A stretch of DNA of 64,000 nt from Perna viridis. Its lineage: Eukaryota. The position numbers and the translations under genes are program-made. The stretch covers positions 42,266,851-42,330,850 of the forward strand of contig CM074519.1 of NCBI GenBank assembly GCA_037379345.1. The letters are read 5' to 3'. Below, in pieces: positions 27,268 to 40,500 of this stretch (the first letter of the stretch is position 1; each line of letters starts with the position of its first letter). Below the pieces are notes generated by a model. That model made no database searches. It worked only from the letters and a program-made list of their open reading frames with translations, and was not told the origin of the DNA.

Positions 27268-27884
27268 ATCTACACTTAGAAATCGATGGTAAAGGAAAAC
27301 TATTGACCAAACTTTACGACAAACGTGATAACTTTTCATTCAAAATTGTCAACTTTCCTCTCATCTGTGGCAACATCCCTTCAGCGCCTGCTTAGGTGTT
27401 CATATCACAACTCATACGTTATGCCAGAGATTGCCGAAACTACGCACTAAAACTCTAACAAATAGGCTTCTGGGACAGGGTTATGTTGCTACAAGATTGA
27501 AGTCATCACTACAGAAGTTTTATGGTCGTCATCATGAACTCGTGGATCGTTATGGTGTATCCATCTGCACCATGAAAACTGATTTATTCAACGGGTCATA
27601 GTTTTCCTTTCCTCGTTTGTCTATCCCGGACTTGACTTTTTTTATGAGCAACTCGGCGGGTGTTTCTAGAAAAGCAGAGGACGCTTACCCTACCGGTGCA
27701 CCCGGTCCATGCTCCCAGTTTTTACAGGAGTCCGAGTTGCTCATTTGCATTTGTTACTTTGTATGTATGATTTTAGTTACTTTATGTTCTTTGTTGTGTA
27801 TGTCTGTTTTCCATGTTTGGTCTTTGTCCCTAGATTGCATTCTTTTGATTACCGCTATAATCTTCGTTCCCTTGATTACTCTTT
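27268..27884 (+). mobile_element. Naiad-type PLE 3' fragment
   Basis: DLHLEIDGKGKLLTKLYDKRD to the family 3' end. Confidence 0.9.
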
Positions 27885-29482
27885 CTTGTCATAAACGGGG
27901 AATCAGATAAAAGTGAAGAAAACAATCGTGTAGTATGGTCCTGTAAAACTTTTCCAGTTGTCGTTGTTTTATGTTCTTGACTGTACATAATATGTGTAAA
28001 TTTCAACACGAGAAAAAAATGAATCAGTATTGTTCAAACTTTGCATAGTGTTTTATAAACATATGCATCTCTTTTTATTGTTGACTGATTTGGACAAATA
28101 TTCAATATAAAGTTTATCGATCTAGCTAAGCCATTCGCCTTCAGTAGTTCAATTTTGCTTAAAATACAATATTAATTGAAGATATTTATGTCCGGACTAA
28201 TATTTGAAGGTTCAGATCTTGTCTGCGACCATACAATGTACTAACATGGAAGCTTACGTGGACTCAATGTTCAACTCTTAATATTTATATTAGGTACTTT
28301 TAAACCATACATTTAATTTATGGATATATTTGTCGTTGTTAAATTTGAATATTCAATTCAAAATATGACGGCAAACAATCATTAAATACAGACATAGTTA
28401 AAAGGAAATGTGTAACCCAGATTAATAGACCAGGAAATGAGATGGTTAGACAATGGATTCAAAAAACATCTGTGCCACCCTGTGTATGTCACGATTTTGT
28501 CATGTTTCCTTTAGCAATCGAAAAGGGGAAACTATATATTTAAACATTCCATTGTTTTATTGTTCAATATTACGACCGTGTATATGCCATATCGTTAAAT
28601 TGTGAGCTCAATATAAGATATACATGTTGCTATAAAATAAATCCCAAACTTTTCAAGTTATATTTTTGTTAATTGTAATAATAATTACAAACAATAAGGG
28701 GCGTACTTAAAAACACTTTTTATAGGAGTCATAGGAGTAATGTGCCAAGCCAATCTTGTACATTGTATGTTTTGTTTTACTAGAAATGCTTAAAGAATGA
28801 TGTATGAGTACAGTTGTTAACCTTAGTTATTATCGATGAAAACTTATGGTTTTATATATGGATATCCCTGTGTTCCAGAATTGGCCGAGCTCTGTTGTAA
28901 TATATCATTTTTATTGCAGACTTATTTTTGTCTTGCAGACATTGTACGCCTTACTGCATAGGAACAATATCTAGTCAGTGTAAAGAAACTTAATTTGATT
29001 GTTTATATCTCTATTCAGTAAGATAGATAGCCTCCATAGCCTTTCTTGGTACTGTGCCGCCAATAACGCCAATCGGTCCGCAATCCGGAATTTAAACAAT
29101 GCCAAACTAAATAATGCTTTGGTGATTTAGCATATATATATTTGACCGTTAGTAATGTTTGCATGACCAACTTTGGACCCGGGACTGTTTACGCTTGTTC
29201 ATAAACAGTTTGTTGTTAATAAAGAGTAAACGTCCGAAAGTTATCCATGACTTGTTCAAAATTTAAACAAAATCCTAAACAAACCTAATTAATGATAAAC
29301 GGGCGATAGAACACAGTCTCTGTATTTGAATCATTGAAATAGCAACACTTTTACGTTGCATGTTGACCTTAAAATTGCAGGAAATACTATACTTCATGCT
29401 TATAATTTAGTGTAAGGAAATAATTTGGTTATAGTATAAATCTTCAATTTAATAATAAATTTGCTCGCCTGAATGATATAAC

Positions 29483-29522
29483 ATGGAAGGGTTGGCAGAA
29501 TTTATACTTTGTATTGTGACTG
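29483..29522 (+). CDS. Exon 1, signal peptide (MEGLAEFILCIVT)
   Basis: ATG, short hydrophobic stretch and phase-1 donor G|GTGAG, in phase with exon 2. Confidence 0.6.
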
Positions 29523-31477
29523 GTGAGGCATTTTTGTACTTATTTTAAATTTGAAATGCAATCAATAAAGTGAAGATAACTTCAGCACCAGCAAGGCATA
29601 TAACATCAAAATATTCACTTTCATGTATTGCATTTATGTTCTGTAGATACCTCTGTTATTACATTTTTCTTACCCATCCAATATGATATCATTTCATTTG
29701 TGCTGTAATGCATGTAAAAAACACTCAACATGTTAGTCATTACCAAACAATGAGTAAAACAGTTGTATGTGTTTTTCCTACATGTACCTTTGACAAAGTT
29801 TAAACTGGCAAAAATGAACGCGGTTCCATTTTAACAATAGATTGTAAAAAGTCCTTGTTTACTTGTTTATTCTTATATTCTCGTATACAAATTATCAAGA
29901 AAGGGAAAAGAAGAGAAACAATTTAAAAATATAACCTTGGATTATTTTGGTATTTTTTTCCAATTGCTTTGATTTTGAATGTTTTACTTGTAATGAACGT
30001 AGAACTTTTTATCACTGATTTCTTATTCGTGATATAGAGGTAAAACTAATAAGGCATTTACATGTATAGCTTTGTGAATTTATATTGTTGAATCTATGCA
30101 TGTAAATAGACCATTGAAGAAGAAGAAGAGACGGATTCTCACCGGCAAATTCAAATGGAATGATTGTTTTATTTCTTCTACAACTTTATTCGGAAGGCAG
30201 ACATGTCAAAGTATTATTCGTTATTGTTTATACTGTGGATAGTATTTACGACAATAGTTTCGTTGTTATTGTAGTGAACACTATAACAATAATTGATATA
30301 TTTGCTGCGAATGGATCTACAGTAAACCTCACTTGTGTCTTTACAAACTTGTCCTATGGTGACACAATCACTTGGCTAGTGCCACCGGACCTTCACCAAT
30401 ATTCAGTCGGGGATTCAGTAATGAGTAACTATTCGCAATTGAAGCTGCAATTAATAAAGGAAAGATCGACAACGTTACAGGTTTTTAACTTTTCACAGCA
30501 TAATACGGGAGAGTATCGCTGTCAAACAAAGAAGGAAGAGATTTGGTTTGAGGTATTTCTCAAAGGTATGACGCTGGTGTTTATGACATATATCATCTAT
30601 GAAGGCATAGTATTGCATTTTATCAAAATATCAATATCAATTTTGGCAAAATCACTGGGGGAAAATAATAAAGGAACCAAGATTCGAGCAAAAGTTAACA
30701 AAGTTAAACGTAGACTAGACAGAAAAAACAGACACACACAGCAAAGTAATCAAAATAACACGCACAAAGAAACAAAAAATAAATACGTAACCCGGATTCA
30801 ATTACATACGGGTGTATGGGCCATGTGTACCGATAGATAAACGTTATCTACCTTTCTAGCACACCTGCTGGGTTGCTCATATCGACGGTAAGAAGGAGAA
30901 ACTGCAACACAGGTTTTTTTTCAAATTTGCTCAATATATTTACATATTTCTAGACTTGTTTTATAAATACAGTTTCATCATTATCAAACCAAGATTAATA
31001 TATCTTATATACGAAAAAATCCTTTTTTTTAGTGCCTCCTCATGTCAGCATTGTAGACACTGTTTTGAATAGCTCTATAAATACAACATTGGAAGGTGTA
31101 GCCCACGGAGTGCCAGACTCTTACAGCTACAATAGCTGGGTCCATCTGACAAACAATAGATCAGTTGTCAGACATTTGGCTAGTGCTAACAAAGTATCGG
31201 TTTTGTCTAACAGTTATGAAGATAGTGGTATTTACATTTGCAATGTGTCAAATGGAGTGATTGATGATAATGGCAATGAATGGACAACAGCTGAATATTA
31301 CATGAATTATTCAGGTACAATGTATGTGATTGGTATAAGACTGAATATTTTAAATTCACTTAATTATTATAACCCTTTAAATAAGCGGTTTTGTATCTCC
31401 TGCTGTCTATAATGTTCATATTAAGTAAATCAAGGATTTATTCTTTATATGTATATTTTATTATTTTAACTTACTAT

Positions 31478-31560
<83 letters not shown>

Positions 31561-34500
31561 AAGTGTCTAAAAAATTCGAAAAGTTGTTAGAACTGTCAAA
31601 TTTGCAAAGTAAATTTAATTTCTGGTCGTTTCCTCCGCAGGACTCGAACTCATACCTATGTAACATTTATGGCAATACCGCCTGCACAAAGTCCAGCGCC
31701 CTAGACCACTCGGACAGCTACTCTATATTAAAATATAGCTTTTGCTGGCCGGGTCATTCCTCCTCGTAGGATTAATCTAGGGCTGTAACTTAGTACACGA
31801 TGTATGGTAATACGTGACAGTTCATCTGGGTGTATAATATATAGGATAGAAGATCAAATTAAATTCATGATGCGTGTCACAACAAAGCAATATTATACAA
31901 CGTCTCAGAATGTGACGTCTCTATTCGCTACACTGCTCCATCGGATCAAAATGATACAGGGAAGATAATGTAAACTTATAGAAGGGTATGAAAAATTCCC
32001 AACGATGTTAGAACTGTCAAATTTGCATTTCAATCAATGTGAATGCCGTTCATAGAATGGTTTTATAATATACATGTTGTATTATATTATCAGACAAAAC
32101 CAGTTTTGCAAAAAAATTATAATCGCTACGTTTGTATTGTACTGTAGGTAAATCAGTTTTCACCAGAACAAACCTAAGAGCCCAGTTTGGACATATATAC
32201 CTGTATGTTGTAAGTCCTCATCCTATATCGGTGGCGTGTGTGTTTAACGAACCCAGAGAAACATATGGACCGAATGACTCCTGCCATGCCAAGTTTAACA
32301 TAAAGAATACTTACACCTTCATACAAGACATGTTATACAGTAACATAGTAGTCTATGGCTACGAAATACTTCTTGAAGCAAAACTGAACGTGGAGATTGA
32401 TAACCGAAATGTAACAGCTCAAGTAAAGAATAAAGAAGGTTGTAGCACGTATGTTGTACATTTTACAGCGCCAGGTATATATTATTGTCGTTGCTTATTC
32501 TGTATCTTGGGAAAACATCGTTTCATGTTTAAATATTATTACATTGAAAGGTCAATAAATATGTACTTAACTTTTATTCTGTCTTTCCTCATGTAGGGAC
32601 TTGTATACCATATAATTTATAATTGACTATTAAGCAGCATTGATGTAATATAACATTTATTATTAACCTTACAATCTTTTTATAAAATCGGCTTTCTTTT
32701 ATAAATAATTTAGTTATAGTGTAAAATGGTGAACATTTGCATTATGGAGTGGTCAAACGAATTAAAAACAATTTGGTAATTGGCTAGAGAAGGATCATAA
32801 CATTTTTTTTTCTCTTCAGTCTCTAACAATTAAAACCTAGGCAGGAAATATTAATAGAGACATAGAGTATGATACTGACTCGTGGCTGCTTGATATGGGA
32901 AGCACGAGGTGGTTCCTTATATTACCAATCACTTTTCCTTTAATCTGACTACTTTCCCAACAGTAAATTTAGTGGTGTGATTTTATTTAAAAAACAGTTT
33001 TACGTCAAGATCAATATTTCAGTTAACATTTTATGTAGCCTTTGCCAAGGGACACGTACAGCGAACATAAAACTGATTGCACTTCAGTTCTTACCCAAAT
33101 GTAGGTAATACGTCAAAGTGTTGTCAATGAATTAATTCCGCGGTATCCTATAGTTATCTTTGCGTTAGCGAGTTGCTAATCCATAGACAGCGGAATTTAA
33201 TTATCGATCACAGATGATGTTATCAGTTACGGTATGTAAACCATAGATAACAGTCCATGAACCATAGATAATGTTGTTATCCCATAGATATCTGAGTTCT
33301 GATTAATTTCGCGTGTCATTCATATATGTACGATAAACAACACCATGCGTCATACGTGTTCAGATTTAGGTTCATTGGCCATGTGTCAGGTTAAAAAAGA
33401 TACCTAAGTCAAAGTTTCTTTTTTCTTCTTGTAAGGAGTAGAATTTAGCAGCTTTATAAGTAAACTAATAACTTATGACTTTGAATACTACAATTATATT
33501 ACCAAATAATATCAGCAATGTTTCTTAGTGATTGTATACATGATTATATTAATTGATTGTCTGGTAGTAAAATGCAGATAGCATTACATGTTAAAGCCTG
33601 GTTAAATAGCCTGTCAATAATAGATAGGTTATTTGACTAGCATCTGCCTAGCATCTAAAGTTGCTACACTTAAACAAAATCATAGACTTGTAATTAAAAA
33701 TAAAATTAATTTAAAAACTAACATGTCTATGACAGGATGAATATAATTATATGACTCTGAACGATGACTGATTGAGTCATGGGCGTCAAGTGTTAGAAAT
33801 GAAATTTGAGCGATGAGTAGTATATCATGAAATTATCGTTCAATGCACATTTAAGAATTCTAAAATGGCCTAAATTACATGAGACAAAATATTTACTATT
33901 TACAACATTTTCCATTATTAATAGAACCTGTTCTAAATCAAATTGCATTGAATTAGTGTAAGCAACTGTCACGAGTTATGGCAGATAAGATAAGTAAGGA
34001 CAGATTTCGTATTTCTTTGTCAATGCCTTGGAGAGTTGCTGTCAGGATCAGACATATTTCTGATCTACCTGCTGTCATATACCGGTAATAGTTTCCTTTC
34101 AGGATAATAGCAATAAGAGGTGATCGCAAGTGTATCTTCAGTTTTTATGTGTATTCTATTTTATTCGCTTCGCTATAATGTGTACAATGTATTTGTTTCT
34201 TGGTTTTACGTTCAAGGCCATATACTTGGTTATAAGGTATTTTGAAATGTGTGATTGTGTTTGTGTTCGCATCGGTATCTTTGCTGGTAGTTCACGAGGT
34301 AATATTTGTAAAATTAAAAACTGATATTTTATACAGTGAAATATATATGTATTAGCAATAAGGTGTACACTATGTAAGTTTGCAAAGTAAAGATTATTTC
34401 GTTCTGAACTTCGTGGTCGATGCTACGAGCAATATAATTTTACAGAGTTTTAAAGGCCACATCCGTAACATAAGGCAGTAAACAATATTGACAGAAAACC

Positions 34501-37500
34501 CAATTGAAAGAACAATTTCATTTTTGTAGAATCAAGGTAACGCATTGAACGAGTATTTGCATTTACGTGTAAAGGAAGACAACTTTACACTTAAATGCAA
34601 ATACTCGTTCAATGCGTTACCTTGATTCTACAAAAATGAAATTGTACTTTCTATTGGTATTTCTGTCAATCTTTTTTGAAGGTAGGAACATTTTTGCTAT
34701 ATTATTTTTTCAGAGATATGAAAGTACATAATAAGCCGTTTAAAAACTAAATATTTTCATATTTTTGTGTTCAGCTTACCCGTGATTAAATCTTTGTACT
34801 GACTGTTGTATGTTTTTTTTTTACAAAACTTCTATGTATCAGTTTAAAGAATTTTTAATAGTGTTTGTAATTATTATTTTACTTTCACAATATGCCTGCT
34901 CTAAAATTATTTGTATATCTAAGCTTTATTACAGCGTTAAGATACAAAACGTCAATTTCGATAATTATTTTGTATGCCGACGAAATAATATAAAATTTAC
35001 AAATAGATGTATCGTATAGAAAATTCAGTTAGATGATTGAAATATTTTAGGCACTTTATCAGATGTTCATTACGTTCAGAATGGTAAAAGAACGTGTTTA
35101 AAGTGCGCTGTTGATGATTCCATAGATAAGATCACTTGGCTTGGTCCACCCAATGATATGGCTTATGCTGTTGGACAAGAAGTGGATATGGTCTATCCGT
35201 TTATAGAGGTCAATGTCAGTAATAATCGTAGTGAGTTGTGCATAAGTAAAGTATCAAATAAACATCTCGGAACGTATACATGTTATGGAAGTGATTTTAA
35301 TAACATATTTCGTTATAATGTAACAGAACAACGTAAGTAAGACTCACTAAGTATTTATGTATTTTTTATTTACTGTAAACGAAAACGTTAAGAATGTTAT
35401 ACAATTGCTGACTTTTGTTGTGGTTAATGTCTATTGTTATTAACCAACCACCCAAAATACCTTAAAATATATCAAAAACCGACCAAATGGTATAAATTCA
35501 AACCGGACATCTATACGGTGCCAATATGATAGAGTATTCAAGGGAACCAAGGTTATAGCGGTAATGTAATACAGGGACAAAGATCAGACATAAAAAACAG
35601 ACACACATAACAAAGAACATAGAGTAACTAAACTCATACATACAAAGTAACAAAAGCAAATGAACTCGGACTCAACTAAAATCTGGGAGCATGGACCAGG
35701 TGCATCGGTATGGTAAGCATCCTCTGCTTTTCTAAAAAACATCAGCCGAGTTGCTCATAAAAAGTCAAGTCCGCGGGAGAAGAAAGAGGAAAGATAAACT
35801 ATGACATATTGAACAAATCAGTTTTCATGGCGCAGATGGATACACCGTAACGATCCACGAGTTTATGATGACGGCCATAAAACTTTTGTAGTGATGACTT
35901 CAACCTTGTAGCAACATAACCCTGTTCCAGAAGCCTATTTGTAAGAGTTCTAGTGCGATACAAAAAGTCTGCGTAGTTTCGGCAAGCTCTGGCATAACGT
36001 ATGAATTGTGATATGAACACTCCATACGCAGGAGCCGTCATCATGAACTCGTGGATTGTTATGTTTATGGTGTATCCATCAGTACCATGAAAACTGATTT
36101 ATTCAATTGGTCATAAATTTCCTTTCCTCGTTTGTTTACCCCGGACTTGACTTTTTATGAGCAACTCGGCGGGTGTTTCTAGAAAAGCAGAGGACGCTTA
36201 CCCTACCGGTGCACCTGGTCCATGCTTCCAGTTTTCAGTGGACTCATTTACTTTTGTTACTTTGTACGTATGATTTTAGTTACTTTATGTTCTTTGTTGT
36301 GTATGTCTGTTTTCCATGTCTGGTCATTGTCCCTGCTTTGCATTCTTTTGATTACCGCTATGACCTTGGTTCCCTTGATTACTCTTATTAACATGTATTA
36401 TTGACTTTGGGAAAACATACATTCCTCCTACCTGTAGGGCTCTCTCTCACTTTTATTGAGATAGAAGACAACAATTGTTTAATTCTATTATCCAATCAAA
36501 AGTATATGTAAACCCCGTATAAAATAGAAAAAATCACGTTTTCTTAATCATTTTATTACATTTGTGTAATGATTCCCCATGTCTCATAATATATTACACA
36601 AGCCATTTCCGTTGTCATACAAAGTCAACATTATTTTTGTTCATATCACTGGCATTGTTATTTTACCATTATTATTTATATATATATATATATTATAGAA
36701 TGTACGAATTCGGGGCATTTGTACAGTGTAGGAAACACATTTACAAGCAGTCTCAGCAAGGGTAGTTGCAGTTTCATTATTTACAACTACCAATCATTTT
36801 TACTTTTTTTTATTTTAAAGATTGTATCCCTTAATTTATTTTCATTTTGCAAAGTTTCTTAAAGACTGTAATTGAAAGTGGATTGAAATTTCTAATCATA
36901 TATGATTTCAAACATAGCTGAGGTAAAAAAAGAACAACTTGTATGAATTTAATCTGATCATATCCGAGTTTACAACTGATGAATTGAGTCCAAATTTATT
37001 ACACAATGGGCATTAGATGTATTCTATGTAATAAGTTTTAATTATTTGTTCCACTAAGCGCCATTCACATCTTGGTCAATATCCATGCACAATTATGCTT
37101 TGGTTGATTTTTACAGGTAACCCAGCGAACATGACAATTGTCAACGCAGGAAGAAACGGACAATTATGTATAAATGAAAACGAAGATGTAGCTTTGGATT
37201 GTATAATTACTCAAGGTGATCCGATAGGCACGTTACAGTGGGTTCTAGATAATGAAATTATGGTTTGGAATTACACAGACAACTTAAGACTAGAATTAAG
37301 ATCAAAAACATTAGAAAGTGGTAGTGTTTATAGATGTGAGGCTTTAAATGAAGAAGGTGGAATAGTGCTGACCGAAAACGTTGTCCTTCATATAAATAGT
37401 AAGTGCATGCAAGATGAATCGCCCCTTCTGTCGATATTATATAATCAATGTGTCTAAATCTAAACTATGAAAACGTCAAGTCAAAAGTCTGTATTAATTT

Positions 37501-40500
37501 ATGAAGATGTGCTTAGTTTAGTAAACACATTTCTTTTATTAAATGATAAACATATCAGCAAATACGTACACCTACGTAAGAAATTAAGAGGAATGAACAA
37601 AATGAAAACATAATAATATATGAAATTGAATATGAATAATCAAAGATTGCACACCCCATCCCCCAAAAAAATACTGAAGCACTTCCGCTCCCTTGTGATA
37701 GTATAGTGGTATAATGTGCTCCTGAAAGTTTCTACTCCTTTCTACGCACTTATTGCAAGTTATTACAGATGGAAATGGTGGAATGAACTAAGTTTGGTCG
37801 CGTAGATGTTTGTATTTGTGAGAGCTAAAATAAGTCGGTACTAGTACAATATCTACTAAATATAACGAAATGTACATGTTATAGCACTTTATGAAAGCAA
37901 GCTTTATAGAAACAGATTTAAAAGAAATATTACCACGTTTTCTCTGCCTTGTACTATAAGTATACAAATATATATTTTGTTGTCCCTTGTTTATTTGAAA
38001 ACATTGGCGAATATCACGCAGATATTAGTATCATTTCAGCCAGATAATAAACTGTTTACTATATATATATATATATTGTTAGGTTTTAACTTCGTCTAAA
38101 ATAAACCATTTATTGATAGTATCCCCACCATCTATTCCGACCCGTGTACAGTTCATTGAATACGAAACTAAGATTTTTGTGAAGTGGACGCCAGGTAAAG
38201 GTACCAGTCAAGCAAAACAAACGTATACAATATAATATAAGAAACGCGGGGAAAGACGATGGATTGAAATCAGCGATATTAAATCAACAAATGTCAACAT
38301 AAAGGATCTAGAACCAAATACAGTTTACTTTGTGCAACTGTACGCCATTAATCCTGGTGGAATGGGAAATAAACACACGAATTTATGATGAAAACAGGTA
38401 TTACGTTTGTAAATCAAGATTCCAGCATGGAAAATTCTTCGTCCTTTAGGTAGATTATAGCTTATTTGTTTTGTCTTAAGATTGTCCTGACTTGCATTCA
38501 AATACAGGCCTTTGATAAACATATTGAAGGGTATAAAAAGATAAGGTTACCGAATTTATCATTTTAGAGATAATTGAGGCTTTGTATAGTAGTCAATTCT
38601 CTTCAGCATATTTTCTGTACTGAGCACGTATGCAAAGACAAGTACCGAACGTAATCAGAAACAGTTAAAATGAATTTTGATTGATTTTTCTGGTTTAACG
38701 CCCAAGCGGCAATATTTCAGCTGTATTCAGGCGATGAATATGAATTGGATGAGAAAATGAATATGAAATGATGATGATGATGAAATGAAAAAGAGGGATG
38801 GAACACAAAGATAATACGGTCGACAAATTTTGATTGCCTTTGATAGAAAAAAGAAGTAATGTAGCATCTTTCCCAACACGATACAACACCATGGTTTGCG
38901 GTCAGATTTTCAGTATGTATTATAGACTGACAACCCCAGCATGTAACACGCCATGGGTACCACATTCCTGCAGCTGGGGCACACAACTAGATGCTCTGTG
39001 GACAGAAGGCCCTAGGGTTCTAAGCATAATTTAGTTGCCTTTAACGACAAGCTTAGCGCTGGCCTATTCATTTGACACCGGACCCGCACGGGGCTTACAG
39101 TTTTGAACAAAATTTGCTACTCCAAAATACATACGACCTTACCATCTTTTAAGATGACAGAAATGAATATTCCGTGTAAAAGGTATGCTCAACCTTAATC
39201 CGTTTTCCTTTTTTCACAATCGCTAAAAGAAAGTAGTACAATGAACTCAAAAATACAGATACGTCAATGTGTAATTATTTGAAATAAGATTAAATACTGA
39301 CAATCAATTTTTGATTTATGAATTAATCGGTTTGTTTTATTGTTTAGGAAAAAGATCGTTAGACCATATGATTGGTCCACTGATTATCACGTGCGCTGTT
39401 GGTGGTATTTTGATTATAGTCCTGCTACTTTGGACATGTAAGTGTATAATTGGTAAATGAAAACGGATTTTGTTTACCATCTTTTTATTATAAATTAATT
39501 ACGCTTAATATTAAACACGACAAAAAGAAAAAGAGATGTGGTAATAAATATACACAATATATAAATATAAATAATTCGTATGAAATTTTTGTTGTAATCT
39601 TTTAAGAGTAATCAAAGGAATCAAGGTTATAGCGGTAATGAAAAGAATGCAATCCAGAGACAAAGACGTGGCAAACAGACACACACAACAAAGAACATAA
39701 AGTAACTAGATTCATACATACAAAGTAGCAATAGCAAATGAACAACTCGAATCCACTAAAAACTATGAGCATGGACCTGGTGCACTGGTAGGGCAAGCAT
39801 TCTCTGCTTTTCTAGAAACACACGCCGAGTTGCTCATGAAATATCAAGTCTGGTACAAAGTAACAAAAGCAAATAAGCAACTCGGACTCCACAGCAGGTG
39901 GACCAAGTGCACCGTGATGAATATTGGAGATCACTTTACATTTCTTCCGGAGCAATTTAGTTTTAATTTGCTGTCGTGACTTTTGTTTTCAATCAGAGTG
40001 TTTACANNNNNNNNNNNNNNNNNNNNNNNNNNNNNNNNNNNNNNNNNNNNNNNNNNNNNNNNNNNNNNNNNNNNNNNNNNNNNNNNNNNNNNNNNNNNNN
40101 NNNNNNNNNNNNNNNNNNNNNNNNNNNNNNNNNNNNNNNCGAATTTCATGTTTGGGTATTACGCGATAAATATATTTTTTCATCGACATACTACTTAAAC
40201 TAATTATGAATATATCAGAGACAAATACTTTTAATTACAGTTACATTTTAGAATTAAAGTTTTTATTAAGGTTTGACAATCTAAATTGCGAATGAAATTT
40301 TAATGATAGTGCATTAAATTTCTCAATGAATTGTTCATCAGATTTTTGTCTTTCCCTTTAAGGTATTAAAAGAAAACGACGTCGTATAAACTCACGGTTC
40401 GTATAGAATGATAGTTTTATAGATATTGAAGGACTAGACATGCTTGATAGTTACAGTAAAGATTGGCCGTATATTCTGTAGGTCAATCATGACCAGGCTA

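Noticed and set aside
31625-31721. Functional tRNA gene
   Set aside because: The acceptor stem pairs poorly and the anticodon/variable region is irregular; treated as a tRNA-derived repeat.
31466-31769. YIYIYI ORFs
   Set aside because: Translation of the (AT)n microsatellite.
40007-40139. ORFs spanning the gap, or a missing exon in the gap
   Set aside because: The poly-X ORFs are artefacts. Exons 8 and 9 already join in phase, although a symmetric exon in the gap cannot be excluded.
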